Source: Octopus bimaculoides (taxonomy: Eukaryota). From it: a stretch of 64,000 nucleotides of DNA. The notes below the pieces were generated by a model, which did not search any database, was not told the DNA's origin, and worked only from the letters and a program-made list of their open reading frames with translations. The DNA lies in assembly GCF_001194135.2 (NCBI RefSeq), contig NC_068992.1, positions 44,210,291-44,274,290 on the forward strand, written 5' to 3'. Positions 51,444 to 63,260 of the stretch are shown one piece after another. Both the position numbers and the translations under genes were made by a program. Numbering within the stretch: the stretch's first letter is position 1; every line of letters begins with the position of its first letter.

Positions 51444-51477
51444 TTTCTGTCGAAGAGCGTAGGCTCGAAATGTCAAA
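51444..51477 (+). ncRNA. Degenerate minimal hammerhead (A6>U)
   Basis: TTT CTGTCGA A GAGC-GTAG-GCTC GAAA TGTC AAA; one change from the CTGACGA core, helix III ATGT (likely from ACGT), 3-bp stem I. Confidence 0.55.
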
Positions 51478-51534
51478 AATATAATTTTGCATTTTAAAAT
51501 ACCTTGGATGGAAAATCATTAGGGTGCTCAAAGG

Positions 51535-51584
<50 letters not shown>

Positions 51585-51594
51585 ATATATAAAA

Positions 51595-51885
51595 TAAGTG
51601 TAATCGACTATCCCCTTTACCCCGAAAATTTCAGGCCTTGAGCCCAAAGTAGAAAGGATCATTACAATTAATATGGGTGCTGTACAGAATCGCTAGCTCG
51701 CCAGGCAAAATACTTAGCGGCATTTCGTCTGTCTTCGCGTTCCGAGTTCAAATTCCACTGAGGTCGACTTTACCTTTCATCCTTTCCAAGTCGATTAAAT
51801 AAGTAGCAGCTAAGAACTGACATTGGCGTAATCGATTAACGATTCCCCTTAAAATTGCTGGCCTTGTGCTAAAATTAGAAAGAGC
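51595..51885 (+). mobile_element. SINE family A: tail fragment plus full copy
   Basis: AATCGACT...AATTTCAGGCCTTG tail, then CCAGGCAAAATACTTAGCGGCATTTCGTCTGTC...GAGTTCAAATTCC...GCTGGCCTTGTGCTAAAA. Confidence 0.85.
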
Positions 51886-52029
51886 TATTGCTATATTTCC
51901 TATACTTTCTGTTATAATTTTCTTTTCTGACATACGCACGAGATCTGAAATTTTGTGGGAGGAATTGAAACGTGTATTGTTTAACGAAAGTAACTTTTTT
52001 TGTTCAGGCGTGTGACAAGTTCCTTCTCT

Positions 52030-52232
52030 ATCGCCACTACTACCACCACCACCACTACCGCTACTACTACCTCAACTACTATTATCGTTACCACCACCAC
52101 CACCACAACCACCACCACCACCACCACCATCACCGCCACCACAACCACCACCACCACCACCATCACCGCCACCATCACCACCACCATCACCACCACCACC
52201 ACTATCACACACTACTACTACTACTACTAGTA
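52030..52232. repeat. (ACC)n/(ACT)n degenerate trinucleotide repeat
   Basis: Direct inspection. Confidence 0.95.
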
Positions 52233-52918
52233 CTGTTGTACTGCTGCTCCGTACATTATCGTCAACAGTGTGTGTGTGTGTGTGTGTGTGTGCGCGTGTG
52301 CGTGCGTGTATTTATTGTTGCTGTCACTCTGAGTACCATCCGGCCCGTGGCCGCCTGCTTGTGGAATTAGACGACACATTGCACCCAGCGTCACCCAAAT
52401 AAACCACGTTGTTTAGATACAAAGTGTTTGGTGGTCAGGTACAGTCTATAGCGGGTGGGTGGTATACATACATACATTTCATAATTAAATAGATATATAA
52501 TATATATATAGATAGATAGACATACACACGCACATTTGCATACGTACATGTATGTATGTATGTATGTATGTATGTATTGCGTTATATGTTTATATACCGG
52601 CACTTTTCGGTCTCTTCCTTTCTCTACATAAACACACACGCAGACGACACTGACACCAACGTGAAGAAAGTAGGAGTTCATTTCTCTCTCACTCACTCCC
52701 CCTCTCTCTCTCTCCCTCCCTCGCTCTCTCTCCCTCTCTTTCTCTCATCTCTCTGCTAATTCGTGTGATTCAAACAAACATTTGGAAGAGGAAGAGTCGG
52801 AGAGGGTAGGAAGAGGCTTGGACAATGATATTTCCCGCTTTATAATTCTTCCAAAACACAGCTCTCATCTGTTCTCTCTGTATCCACAAACAGTACACAA
52901 TTATTCAAACACATAGAT

Positions 52919-52984
52919 ATGGAGTTCAATACTGGTTTGCAGCTCTCTAATATTTTTCTTTTATTGTTTCTTACATATTTTCAG
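52919..52984 (+). CDS. Candidate alternative first coding exon (signal-peptide-like) or recursive splice site
   Basis: ATG at 52919, 22 codons MEFNTGLQLSNIFLLLFLTYFQ, perfect CAG|GTAAGT donor in phase 0; the same bases also read as branch point plus pyrimidine tract plus AG. Confidence 0.35.
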
Positions 52985-53128
52985 GTAAGTTGACTTTTTA
53001 CTTATATTCCATCGTTCTTTTCTTTTTTACTTGTAATTTATATTTTTTCATACAATTACACACAAATACATCACACATGCACATACATCACACACACATA
53101 CATCACACACACACATACAAACACAACA

Positions 53129-53164
<36 letters not shown>

Positions 53165-53292
53165 GTGTGTGTCTGTCTGTCTGTCTATGTATGTATGTAT
53201 GTATGTACGTATACATACATACATGTATGTGCGTATGTATGTATGTATGTATGTATGTATGTATGTATGTATATGTATGTATTCTACACACA

Positions 53293-53575
53293 NNNNNNNN
53301 NNNNNNNNNNNNNNNNNNNNNNNNNNNNNNNNNNNNNNNNNNNNNNNNNNNNNNNNNNNNNNNNNNNNNNNNNNNNNNNNNNNNNNNNNNNNNNNNNNNN
53401 NNNNNNNNNNNNNNNNNNNNNNNNNNNNNNNNNNNNNNNNNNNNNNNNNNNNNNNNNNNNNNNNNNNNNNNNNNNNNNNNNNNNNNNNNNNNNNNNNNNN
53501 NNNNNNNNNNNNNNNNNNNNNNNNNNNNNNNNNNNNNNNNNNNNNNNNNNNNNNNNNNNNNNNNNNNNNNNNNNN
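53293..53575. other. Assembly gap (N)
   Basis: Run of N after a TG/TATG tract. Confidence 1.
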
Positions 53576-53679
53576 GCTGGCCTGATGCCAAAAGATTAAA
53601 ACCATTATATTGTTAATATGAGGGAACTGGCATGCTTGCTCCTACCAGTAGCTGATAGTAGCTGTACAATTATAGTTAC

Positions 53680-54090
53680 GGTTTCTAACTTCGGTCTGTC
53701 GTATTCTGAGTTCAAATTCCTCCCAAGTCTCAGTTTCTCTGCCACCCTACAGAATCGTTAGCACGGACGAAATGCTTAGCGGTATTTCAGCCGTCTTTAT
53801 GTTCTGAGTTCAAATTCCGCCTAGATCAACTTTGCCTTTCGTTCTCACGGGAGTCGACAAAAGACTTATCATTAAGGCGGCGAGCTGGCAGAATCGTTAG
53901 CACGCTGGACGAAATACTTAGTGGTATTTCGCCCGTTGCTACGTTCTGAATTGAAATTCCGCCGAGGTCGACTTTGTCTTTCATCTTTTCGAGGTCAATA
54001 AATTAAGTACCAGTGATACACTAGGGTCGATGTGATCGACTAGTCATCTCCTCCCAAATTTCAGGCCTTGTCCCTTGAGTAGAAAGGATT
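53680..54090 (+). mobile_element. Head-to-tail cluster of three SINE family A copies
   Basis: TTCTGA(G/A)TT(C/G)AAATTCC occurs three times; third copy complete (GGCGAGCTGGCAGAATCGTTAGCACG...TTTCAGGCCTTGT). Confidence 0.88.
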
Positions 54091-54524
54091 ATTGTCATTG
54101 TTGTTGTTATTGTTATCATCATTCCTTTGGTTGGGGAGAACAGTCATTGTACAGTGTCCGGTGCACGTACCGAAAAAGGTTGCATGTTGGATGGGATTGA
54201 AGGGGCTGGAGCCGGGGGCGGGGAATGTGGCCTCCTAGCAAATTTGTTGAAAGGTAGATGAGAGTAGCGAGCATGGCCTGAGCTAAACGGACATCAATCT
54301 GAAAATGCACCTATAGATTTAGTGAGGGAGTGTACTTATCTGAGTGTACTACATTAAGAGAGTGTACTTATCTGAGTTTCAGGCTGACCGTTGTTTTGTG
54401 GGGTTCCTACGAGTTGCCCTCAGAGGTCTCCCTTCTTGAAGGAGAATATTTCTTTCAATTTTTTTACTGTTATTTTCACTTTTCATGTAATCCTACTCTC
54501 TATCGTTTTCTACTGTCGACTGTG

Positions 54525-54800
54525 TTAACTAACGCCCCCACCTCTCAAATTTTCTGGCCTTGTGCATAATCAATTTCAATTAGAATTATTATTGTTTAGG
54601 GCAATGAAAGGCGGTCAGCACGCCGGGCAAAATGTTTAGCGATATTTGAACTTCTGCGTTCAAATTCCGCTAAGGTCGACTTTGTCTTTCATCCTTTCGG
54701 AGTCGATAAAATAAGTACCAGTTGAGCACTGGGGTCGACGTAATCGACAAACTCCTTCCCCCAAAATTGCTGGCCTTGTGCCAAAATCTGAAACCATTAA
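54525..54800 (+). mobile_element. SINE family A: tail fragment plus full copy
   Basis: AATTTTCTGGCCTTGTGC tail, then CAGCACGCCGGGCAAAATG...GGCCTTGTGCCAAAATCTGAAACC. Confidence 0.85.
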
Positions 54801-55309
54801 GGGCAATGAATTAGTAGAATTAGAAGAGCATCAAATTAAATGTGTTTCACAGTGCTTTAATTACGTCTGTCTGCGATCTGAGTATAAACATTGCAAAGAT
54901 CAACATTGATTATCACACTTGTTGGTTCCATAGCATGCACCACCAGACGTGTAGTGGGGGTAGATTTTAAATTCCCATAAAACATCCCAGAAATAAATAG
55001 ACTTTTAATAGAAGGCCAAGACCGTCTATCACGCCTCCCACACGGGAGGTGGGGCGATGCGAGGGAGTTATTATCAAGAGTATTGAATAGTCCAAACAGG
55101 AAAGTGACGGGCTGGTGACAATATCAGTATGATGAGTGTCATATGAATATCACTGTTTATATAGTTTGATTCCGTTCTCACTATCCAGCGTTTAAACCCA
55201 AAGTTAACATTAAATCCAAGTATTCGGGGTCGTTAACAGAAATAGTATTTCTGGTGTTGATCCGATCGAGAATATTGTTCTCTTTAATGCACAGTCATGT
55301 GTCTGGTCA

Positions 55310-55950
55310 TAAGAAATAGCTCGATGGTATTATCATCATTTTCATCGCTGACGCAACTGTCATCGTTAACCAAATCATGACTGACATCACAAACATTGCT
55401 GTCATCACCCTCTCTGTAATCCATATTATCACTGTCGTAACGCTGTCAGCATTGTTATTACTACCATCATTTTTCATCACTGTCGTCATTGCCATCTCTT
55501 TCATTTTGCTCATCATTGTCATCAAGTCATCACAATTATCCCTATCCTCATTGTCATCGCTGTGATTACTGCTGATCTCGTCGTCTCTCATTTCTGCCAT
55601 TATTAGCAGCATTGTCATCACTGCCGTCTCTAATCGCTGCAATAACTGTCATCATTATCATCACACTAATCATCGTCATTCCAGTCATCACTATCATTAA
55701 TGTAATCACAGCCGTCAGCGTCGTCGTTGCCATTTCTGTCATCATTCTCAGTTCTTTTATCCTCTTCAAAACTCTCATCGGTCATCACTATCGTCATAAT
55801 CACTATCACTACAATCATCTCTGTTACCAATGTCATCACTGTCATAATAATCATCACTATCGTCAACGTCATTTCTGTCATTATTCTCATCAATGTCCAC
55901 CGTCGTTCCCGTCATCATTGCCGTCATTGCCATTTCCGTCATCGCTCTCA
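55310..55950. repeat. Cryptic ATC/GTC trinucleotide-derived low-complexity tract
   Basis: Recurrent TCATC/GTCAT/ATCAC triplet periodicity; produces Met/Thr/Ile/Asp-rich pseudo-ORFs in all frames. Confidence 0.85.
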
Positions 55951-58829
55951 TCATGTAGTCTTGACAATATTGGTACGAATAGTTATTGATGTTACTGAGT
56001 GCGAACATTTCTTCCATGTTTTAACTGTCGTAGTATTGTCTAACCTGGAGGCATTTTTAGTGCCGGAGTGAAGTAAAAGGACCAATCATGGTCAAAGGAA
56101 TCGGTAAGAATTTTTCTTGTTTTTCTGTCTTCTTCTGACGAAATTTTGTTTTGGGAATGTCGGATATGGGTATTTGCTTGGAAACAAATTGTAGCTATAT
56201 AGGAGACTGGATAACCAGGTTTAGAGCGCGGGGTAAACCAGGTGACATTTTTTTGTCATGAAATGAAACCATTTGATCCTCATATTGAACTTGGGTAATT
56301 GTTTAGCTAACCATTTCTCTCGATACTTTTAGAAAGATACAGCGCAGGTGGAAGTTGTACGGATTATATTTTTCTATAGAATATTAATGGCATAAGTGAC
56401 GTGAAATGGTTTCAACTGAGGAGCAGAACTTTCTTGTGATTACGACCAGCCAAGAACTTATCTCTTGTTCATCTGCTGTAAAACCTAATTCTTGTGCGGA
56501 ATTAGTTGTTTGAATTGAGTCAGTATAGCACTAGTGCTTATTTAATAGTACAGTGTAATTTGATTTGAGATAAAGGGATGGTGACACATTAAGACATTCA
56601 GTTTGGGGTCGTCTTCACTGCCTTCACCCCTCTGAGCCAGAAAACTCACTACGGGATGACTTGCCCTGGTAGAAATATAGAGCCGTTTACACTCTACAAT
56701 CCTTTAAAAAGAAAAAAAGTCACATTAGATGATGTGATCCTAGATATTCTGAGGTAGGAAACAAAAGATGCGATAGTTAAGGCTAGAATATCGTTTGGTC
56801 AGAGGTTTGTTTGATCTGAGCTGACCAGCGATTAAACAATTGAACAGGTCACGTAACACTCATTTATTAAAGGGTGACGATCTTCATATTTAATTATAAG
56901 TATTAAATTTATTGAATGCAGTCAATTATAATGGAAAATTTTAAATTACTTGTCAAACAGATGTAAAGATCATATTAAGTATACTTCACTCTCTTTCTTT
57001 TAGTATTTGGGGAATACTCGCAGGTTCTTAGTTCTCCAAAGGATACTCTGGTGCTCAATTTAGAATTAAGGACGAGGTTTTAACACTAATGAGGATTACT
57101 CTGTTCTCATTAGTGCTAAATAATGTCTAGAGAATCTGGTTATTCATCATTAGTGTTAATTACCATGTGGTGGAACTGTGAATCAGTAATTGCTTACGTT
57201 CTGAGAACATGGTCTAATACAATCTCAATGTTTATATTATGTACCCCCACCCACCACACACACACACAGACACTCACACGAATATAAGTACAAACGCGCG
57301 CGCACACACACACACACACACAGAAGAAACAGAATTTTTCTATTTACATAAAACCACGAGAACTTTAAATATAAAAGAAATTAAGAAAGAAATTTTCTGG
57401 TCTTTAAAAAGCAAAAATATGTAAATATTTTACTCTTTAAAACTATTTTTTGACGTTATATTTAAAATTCTCTCTCTCTCTCTCCCTCTCTCTTACACAC
57501 ACATACACACACACACGTGTATGAGAAATTATAGAAAGGTAAATCAGTTTCTCAGTCAGTCAGTGAGAGATTTGAAATCTTATACACTCTGTTGTGATGT
57601 CCTTAATCTTCAAATACAGAAGTAACTAAACATTTTAGCAACTGAGTCCCTCTTGCAGCTTACTGTTTGAACCCCAATATTTCAATACTTTGACTATACC
57701 ATTCTCAGGTTGTAATTTTGTATCTTTCTTACCCATTATGTTTCTATCTCCGTTATATCCATATTCTTGTTTGCAAGTCAATGTCTCCATACCAGTTCTT
57801 TAATCCCAGAAGTGAATCCTTGGTGTACAAGAACTGATGTAGGAGGAAAGAAATCAATAATAAGAAATACAATGAGTCTTCAAGTCATACAAACTCATAC
57901 ATGTATAACTTGAAACATTTTTGGTGTTGGATGTTTATGTAGGTCTTTAGTGACAGCCTCAGTGAGTGGTTTCATATTTGAGTGCAAGTGCAAACAATGC
58001 GTTTGCACTCCTGCTCTACGTTGTTGCTCAGCCTGTTAGAAATAGTAACTATATCTTTTACAAATTATACCATACTGTCTCAAAATAAGGAAGGACACAA
58101 TTGATAATTATACATATATTATGTCTGCAAGTAAGGTGGATTGGGCATAGCTGGAATCACTTTAATCATAGATTTATCGAATCGGGACTGACCTAAAAAG
58201 CATGTATTTTTATTTCCACTATTACAAAACAACACATCTCTTTAACTTATTTATGTGTCTCTCATTTTACTTTTATTTCGTGTTGAACATATTTTCAAGA
58301 GAATATGGGTTTCACTTTTGATATAACTAAGTAAATCTTGTCTAATTCTACACAACTTGTGTTTTATGTCAACATAGAATTATCAAATATTCACTCTTTA
58401 AACACAATTATCTAATAGAAACTCCCCATTCTGTGTTAATTGACAATGGCGTCTTGTGCAAGTTTTATTTTTCCCCTTCTTTCTTCTCTCGTGACCACAT
58501 CCGTTCTTGCTAACGAGTGCACATATGTGAAAATTTCTCTACAATTACAGTCGTCATCGGAATCTGAAAGTTGAGATAAATTTCCAAGCAACAGTCGATA
58601 AAAGCTTCTTAATGGAATTCTAATACGTTTCAATACATGAATAACCCATTTCGTGAGAAATTGCGATAAGGATCCTCTACAAATTTAACTACGGCCCTTT
58701 TTCATTTATAGGCGACAGTAGGCCTGATTGAATCCTGTTTATAATCAATAAAACAACTCACTCTGGTCGTCAGGCACGCCAGAAAGGGATTTAATTACTT
58801 ATTATTTATAGACTAACAAAGACTTGCTT

Positions 58830-59140
58830 ACTGCCACTTCAACGACATCCATCCCTACGCAAAAGAACTCCCACTCTTCATTCATCTCAAAACTCTGTCA
58901 CAAAACGTTATCCCATTTCGACATAGACACTTCACACCAAATCTTCATTGTCTCTGCAGAGACCTTGAAAATATCCTCCACTGGGGCTATACCACATCTT
59001 GTCTCTTTCAACAGCAAAAAAAAAATCTGTGGACATATTAAGGGGACATCGTCACCCCACCATCCTTCACTTAAACTTAAAACGGACGCTTCTAGATCCC
59101 ACGTGATTGTTTCAAATGCTCGGTGGCGAAGGTGTATCCT
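58830..59140 (-). mobile_element. RTE-like LINE C-terminal relic
   Basis: Minus strand RCGIAPVED...EMNEE resembles the RTE GxAPIEDK...RLRWFGHV region; heavily decayed. Confidence 0.4.
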
Positions 59141-59419
59141 TAACTCGGCTAATCACTACATCTCCAAAGCTGGTTTTTCTTGGCCAGATATTATTTCGTC
59201 TCCAAACTTCTATTAGCCCTCTACAAAGTTCAAGAGAGGCCCATAATGAAGTACTGCTCTCAATACTGCTGTTGTGTTGATGCTACATAGACTCTGCCCC
59301 AAGAGAAGAGCGCTCGACTGACTGGCGTAAAGTCACTCAACAATATACACCAATCTCTGGCTCACAGACCTACTGTGTCTCGTCTCTCGAGTTTTCTGCT
59401 ACTACTATAAAAGCACTAT

Positions 59420-59546
59420 CGTAGCTAGCGGGTGTTGGGGTGGACATAGGGGCGGCACTTTTGGGTCTGCTGTAGGTAATATTTGTTTTTTGGGGAGTCC
59501 AGGGCAAACGGAAGGGCCGCTCCGGGCGGCACACACCCGAGCTACG
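59420..59546. mobile_element. Small GC-rich MITE-like element
   Basis: Terminal inverted repeats CGTAGCTAGCGGGTG / CACCCGAGCTACG around ~100 bp containing two GGGCGGCAC motifs. Confidence 0.5.
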
Positions 59547-60416
59547 CTAATGTACAAAAGCCCCTACTCTTCGCATCTAGTTGGGTTTCCTCTACATCCA
59601 CTTTTATTCCCCCTTTTTCTTCGTATTGTATCCCAATCACGTACCCCACGCTGGCCACTATCTCCCGGCTCTCAGGAATTCTCTCCTCTCACACCACTTT
59701 CCTGCAGTTCCAAGCGGAACGAATTCCAGTGCGTCTATCCCTCTTCAGGGGGTCTACCAGAGCCACTAGTAGGCTATCTCTATCTACCAATGTAACTATT
59801 TACCACAAAGTGGAGTGAATTATTTGAGAATAAAGCACTTTATAACAGATAGCGGCGGTCACGAGGTATGAACCGTTGACTCCTCTTTTCACTGATATCA
59901 CAACGGCGGCGACGACAGTGTCGTCGTCATCGTCGTCACTGAAGCTTAGGTCTTTGGTTACTGAATTGCTTGTAGAGCTTTAGTCAAATACTGTAACTAC
60001 TCAATGTCAAATTTATTTTTCATTCTTTCTGAGTGGATATGATAAAGTACTCGTCTTATACTGGGTGGATCTACTCATCTATCTCTTTTCTCAAATTGTG
60101 TGGTCTTATGCTAATGTTATAAAACATTAATCATTTCTTTGAAGACGGTGTTTTTGGGTTCGCTAGTTTCCTGACAATAACGTCTGTTAATTAACCTTCA
60201 TGTAACTGTAATTACGGGATTCCTATGATGGAACGAAGGACCGACGGCAAATCTTTTTTATGGTTGAATATATAGATGTTGTGAGCGTGAAGTTTTGACA
60301 GTCCTAGTCAAGCATGCGGCTTTAAATTGATTGCAGCCAGTAAACTCTACTACAAATAACTCCACAATCATTATCTACTCAAATTATCTATTTCATCGCT
60401 GAAATGTCATTACACC

Positions 60417-60482
<66 letters not shown>

Positions 60483-60664
60483 TGATATTATTTTCTTTTG
60501 GTGTTGCTTCGTGAGTCTTACGGCCCATTAATTCACCTTCTCACTTTGGACACTTTACATTCTGCTTCAATGAAATATTACAGATAAACTTCAACGTTGC
60601 TATCTGTCCTCACTAACCTGTGAGCGTGTGTGTGTGTGTGTGTGCGCGCGCTCTTGCGTGTACG

Positions 60665-60697
<33 letters not shown>

Positions 60698-62455
60698 GAA
60701 GAGAGATTAGTTCAACTCTCAGCAGTCTGTTGTATTTGAGATTAGATCAACAATATTTGCTATTTCTATTTCCAAAGTATTTTTAGTTAATTTATGCTGC
60801 CGCAATTCTTTGGCAAAATTTGGTTTTGCTAAATGTGTTTTGTATAAATAAAGTTAGTTCGCTAGAGATGCTTGACACCTCTCATTCGCATCGTCCTCTG
60901 TATAATCTGAGAAGACATGTTTCTGTTTCTTTTTCTTTTTCGCGAAAGTTAATTGAATATAAAAGAAAACCAGGTAGGAATTTGTTAAGTAATAAAAATT
61001 TTTCATCATTGTGGAATCTTTGCTATCAAATACAGTTTCTTACTTTTTCATTCTGTCTTTCCTATAAGAAAAGAATACAAATTTCTGTTGATTTATTTCA
61101 AATCCTGCCCATGTCAAATGTGATACTTCCAGAGTCGATAAAATAAAGTACCAGTCAAGTACTAGAGTTGATAATATGTATAAGTTCCTTCAGCAGGGAC
61201 AGAGCACGTGCCAAGTGTTTAAGACTGGGCATAGAACAAGAAGGTGGGTAGGCAGGGTTCGTGTGTAAGACGCCGGCACAGTATGATACAAGCAGAAGAA
61301 ACACAAAGGTCGTGGATAGAAGCATTGGTGTGTGTGTGTTGACTTTTGGCTCTGTATACTCATATCCCGATACCATCCGAAGACCACGTGGCAATCGTGG
61401 AGTTATACACGATAGTAGAAGTAGTGAAGTCAAACAGACTAGTCATATGATTGAACGGAATGAGTTAGTGGTGGAATGGAACGCAACTAAATTTTCAACC
61501 CCCAAAACCAAACTCTGTTATTTGCATGCATGCACGCGCGCGCGCACAAACACACAGTGTTGGTTTAGAAAAATAAACACTTAAATCCTGAAACAGCAGT
61601 TGGAATATTTTATTCCAGTTAGAAACATCAACTTCCTAAACATTCATACCAACTTCCTAAACATGCATACTAATTAGGTGTTTTTAATCTAATTGCTGTT
61701 CCGCTTCCTTTACACTGAACTAACTTTCTGATAACGTGTCAATCATGAATAATTTAAACCATCTGTAACTTTTATTACTTACTAAGTAGCTTTAAAGGTA
61801 TCAAAATTCTTTGAAATATCTTAGAAGCGTGTTTATGTCTAATTAAAAAATACCAAGTAATTAAAACTAATTGGAGCATCTATTAGAGCGTTGTTGATCA
61901 AATCTTTAATTACTACAATTAGAAACACTTGAGTAACTATCCTGGTATAACTGATAGCTTCAAAAAGTAATTTTCAACATCTAGTTCGTTTTTTGATAAA
62001 TAGTTTCAGTAACCAGAGAAAAGAAACCTCTGAAAAATAAACATACTTCTTTGCTGTACTTTATTCGCAGGAAATTAAATGTAAGTTGTGTCATACGGAC
62101 TTTTAATATAAGTATTAGTAATTAAATCACAAATGAACAACCAGAGACTGTGAAGCATTTATTTGCTATTAAAATGAATTCTAAGGTGAACTGTGAGCAG
62201 TGCATAAGATGACTGCGTCACTGGCATCACCTTGAATGTCATCCAGTGTATAAGATGGAAACTCTGTGGCATATTGTATATAGGTAAAAACCGGTCATAG
62301 GCTGACCATGTTTTAGTAAACATTTGTGGGACGTCTGACAAAACAACACTGGATAATAAGAGCCTCTATAACCACTCTTTTAGAATCCACATATTCATTT
62401 TCACACAAACGTACACACGCATTCGCGCGCGCTACATACTCTATATGCGCACATA

Positions 62456-63260
62456 CAAGGGTGGGATGGAAAGTTCATAGGCTGGCTATGAAGGAGTGAT
62501 GCTAGAGCTGTGAAATCTTGTACGTATTCATTTCAACTACATTGTTCCTTTTCAAGTAAACTGACATCTGATTGTTCAAAGAAGCCTCTAAAAGTGACAA
62601 GGAGCGACTTCTCTTGAAAAATTGACAAATTTGGGCATCGTGGTGTTATCAAATACCTTCAGAAAAACGGTTCAGCCTCCAACGACATTCATGCTGACAT
62701 GGTTGCTACATTAAGGAATGATGCTTCAGCTTTATCAAAAGTACAAATGTGGGCAACTGAATTTAGGAGGGAAAGGGAGAGTTTTGAAGATGATCCCAGT
62801 TCTGGATCTCCTGCAACTATCACCATCGTGGAAAACATTGTGTCCACCACATGGTGATGGATGACAGGTGATTTACTATAAATCAAATAGCCAATGCTAT
62901 TAGCATATCCCACGAGGGAATTGAGAATATTCTGCACAAGGGATTTGGTATGACAAAGGATTCTTCTCGGTGGGTGCCACGTCTTCTGGCACCTGATCAA
63001 AAGCGCACCAGGTCGGTCACATTGTGGGAAAAATCTGACGATCCAGTTGGTTTCCTTGAACACTTACGAACCCACTTTGAGCCAGAGACAAAGAGATGAC
63101 TTGATTACTTTTCTGAACAACAAGACGAAAGCTTTTTCACCAATGGGATATCCAAGCACTGCAACATTGATGGGATAAGTGCGTGGACTACAAGGGGGTA
63201 CTATGTTGGAAAATAAACCTCATTTGGTCACATTCCATGAGAGTATCTTGGTCAGCCTCG
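62456..63260 (+). mobile_element. Mariner element with catalytic domain deleted
   Basis: TA-flanked; HRGVIKYLQKNG...WATEFRRERESFEDDPSSG, RWVPRLLAPDQKRTR (WVPHEL-like), then a jump to QQDESFFTNGI...WDKCVDYKG; right TIR internally shortened. Confidence 0.9.

Noticed and set aside
53875-53960. tRNA-like A/B-box sequences (also 34620-34700)
   Set aside because: Heads of SINEs; no complete cloverleaf or acceptor stem, and they continue into SINE bodies
56061-56103. Possible 43-nt exon CRSEVKGPIMVKGI between AG and GTAAG
   Set aside because: Does not match the expected xGCD...CGVCGGD continuation; weak acceptor
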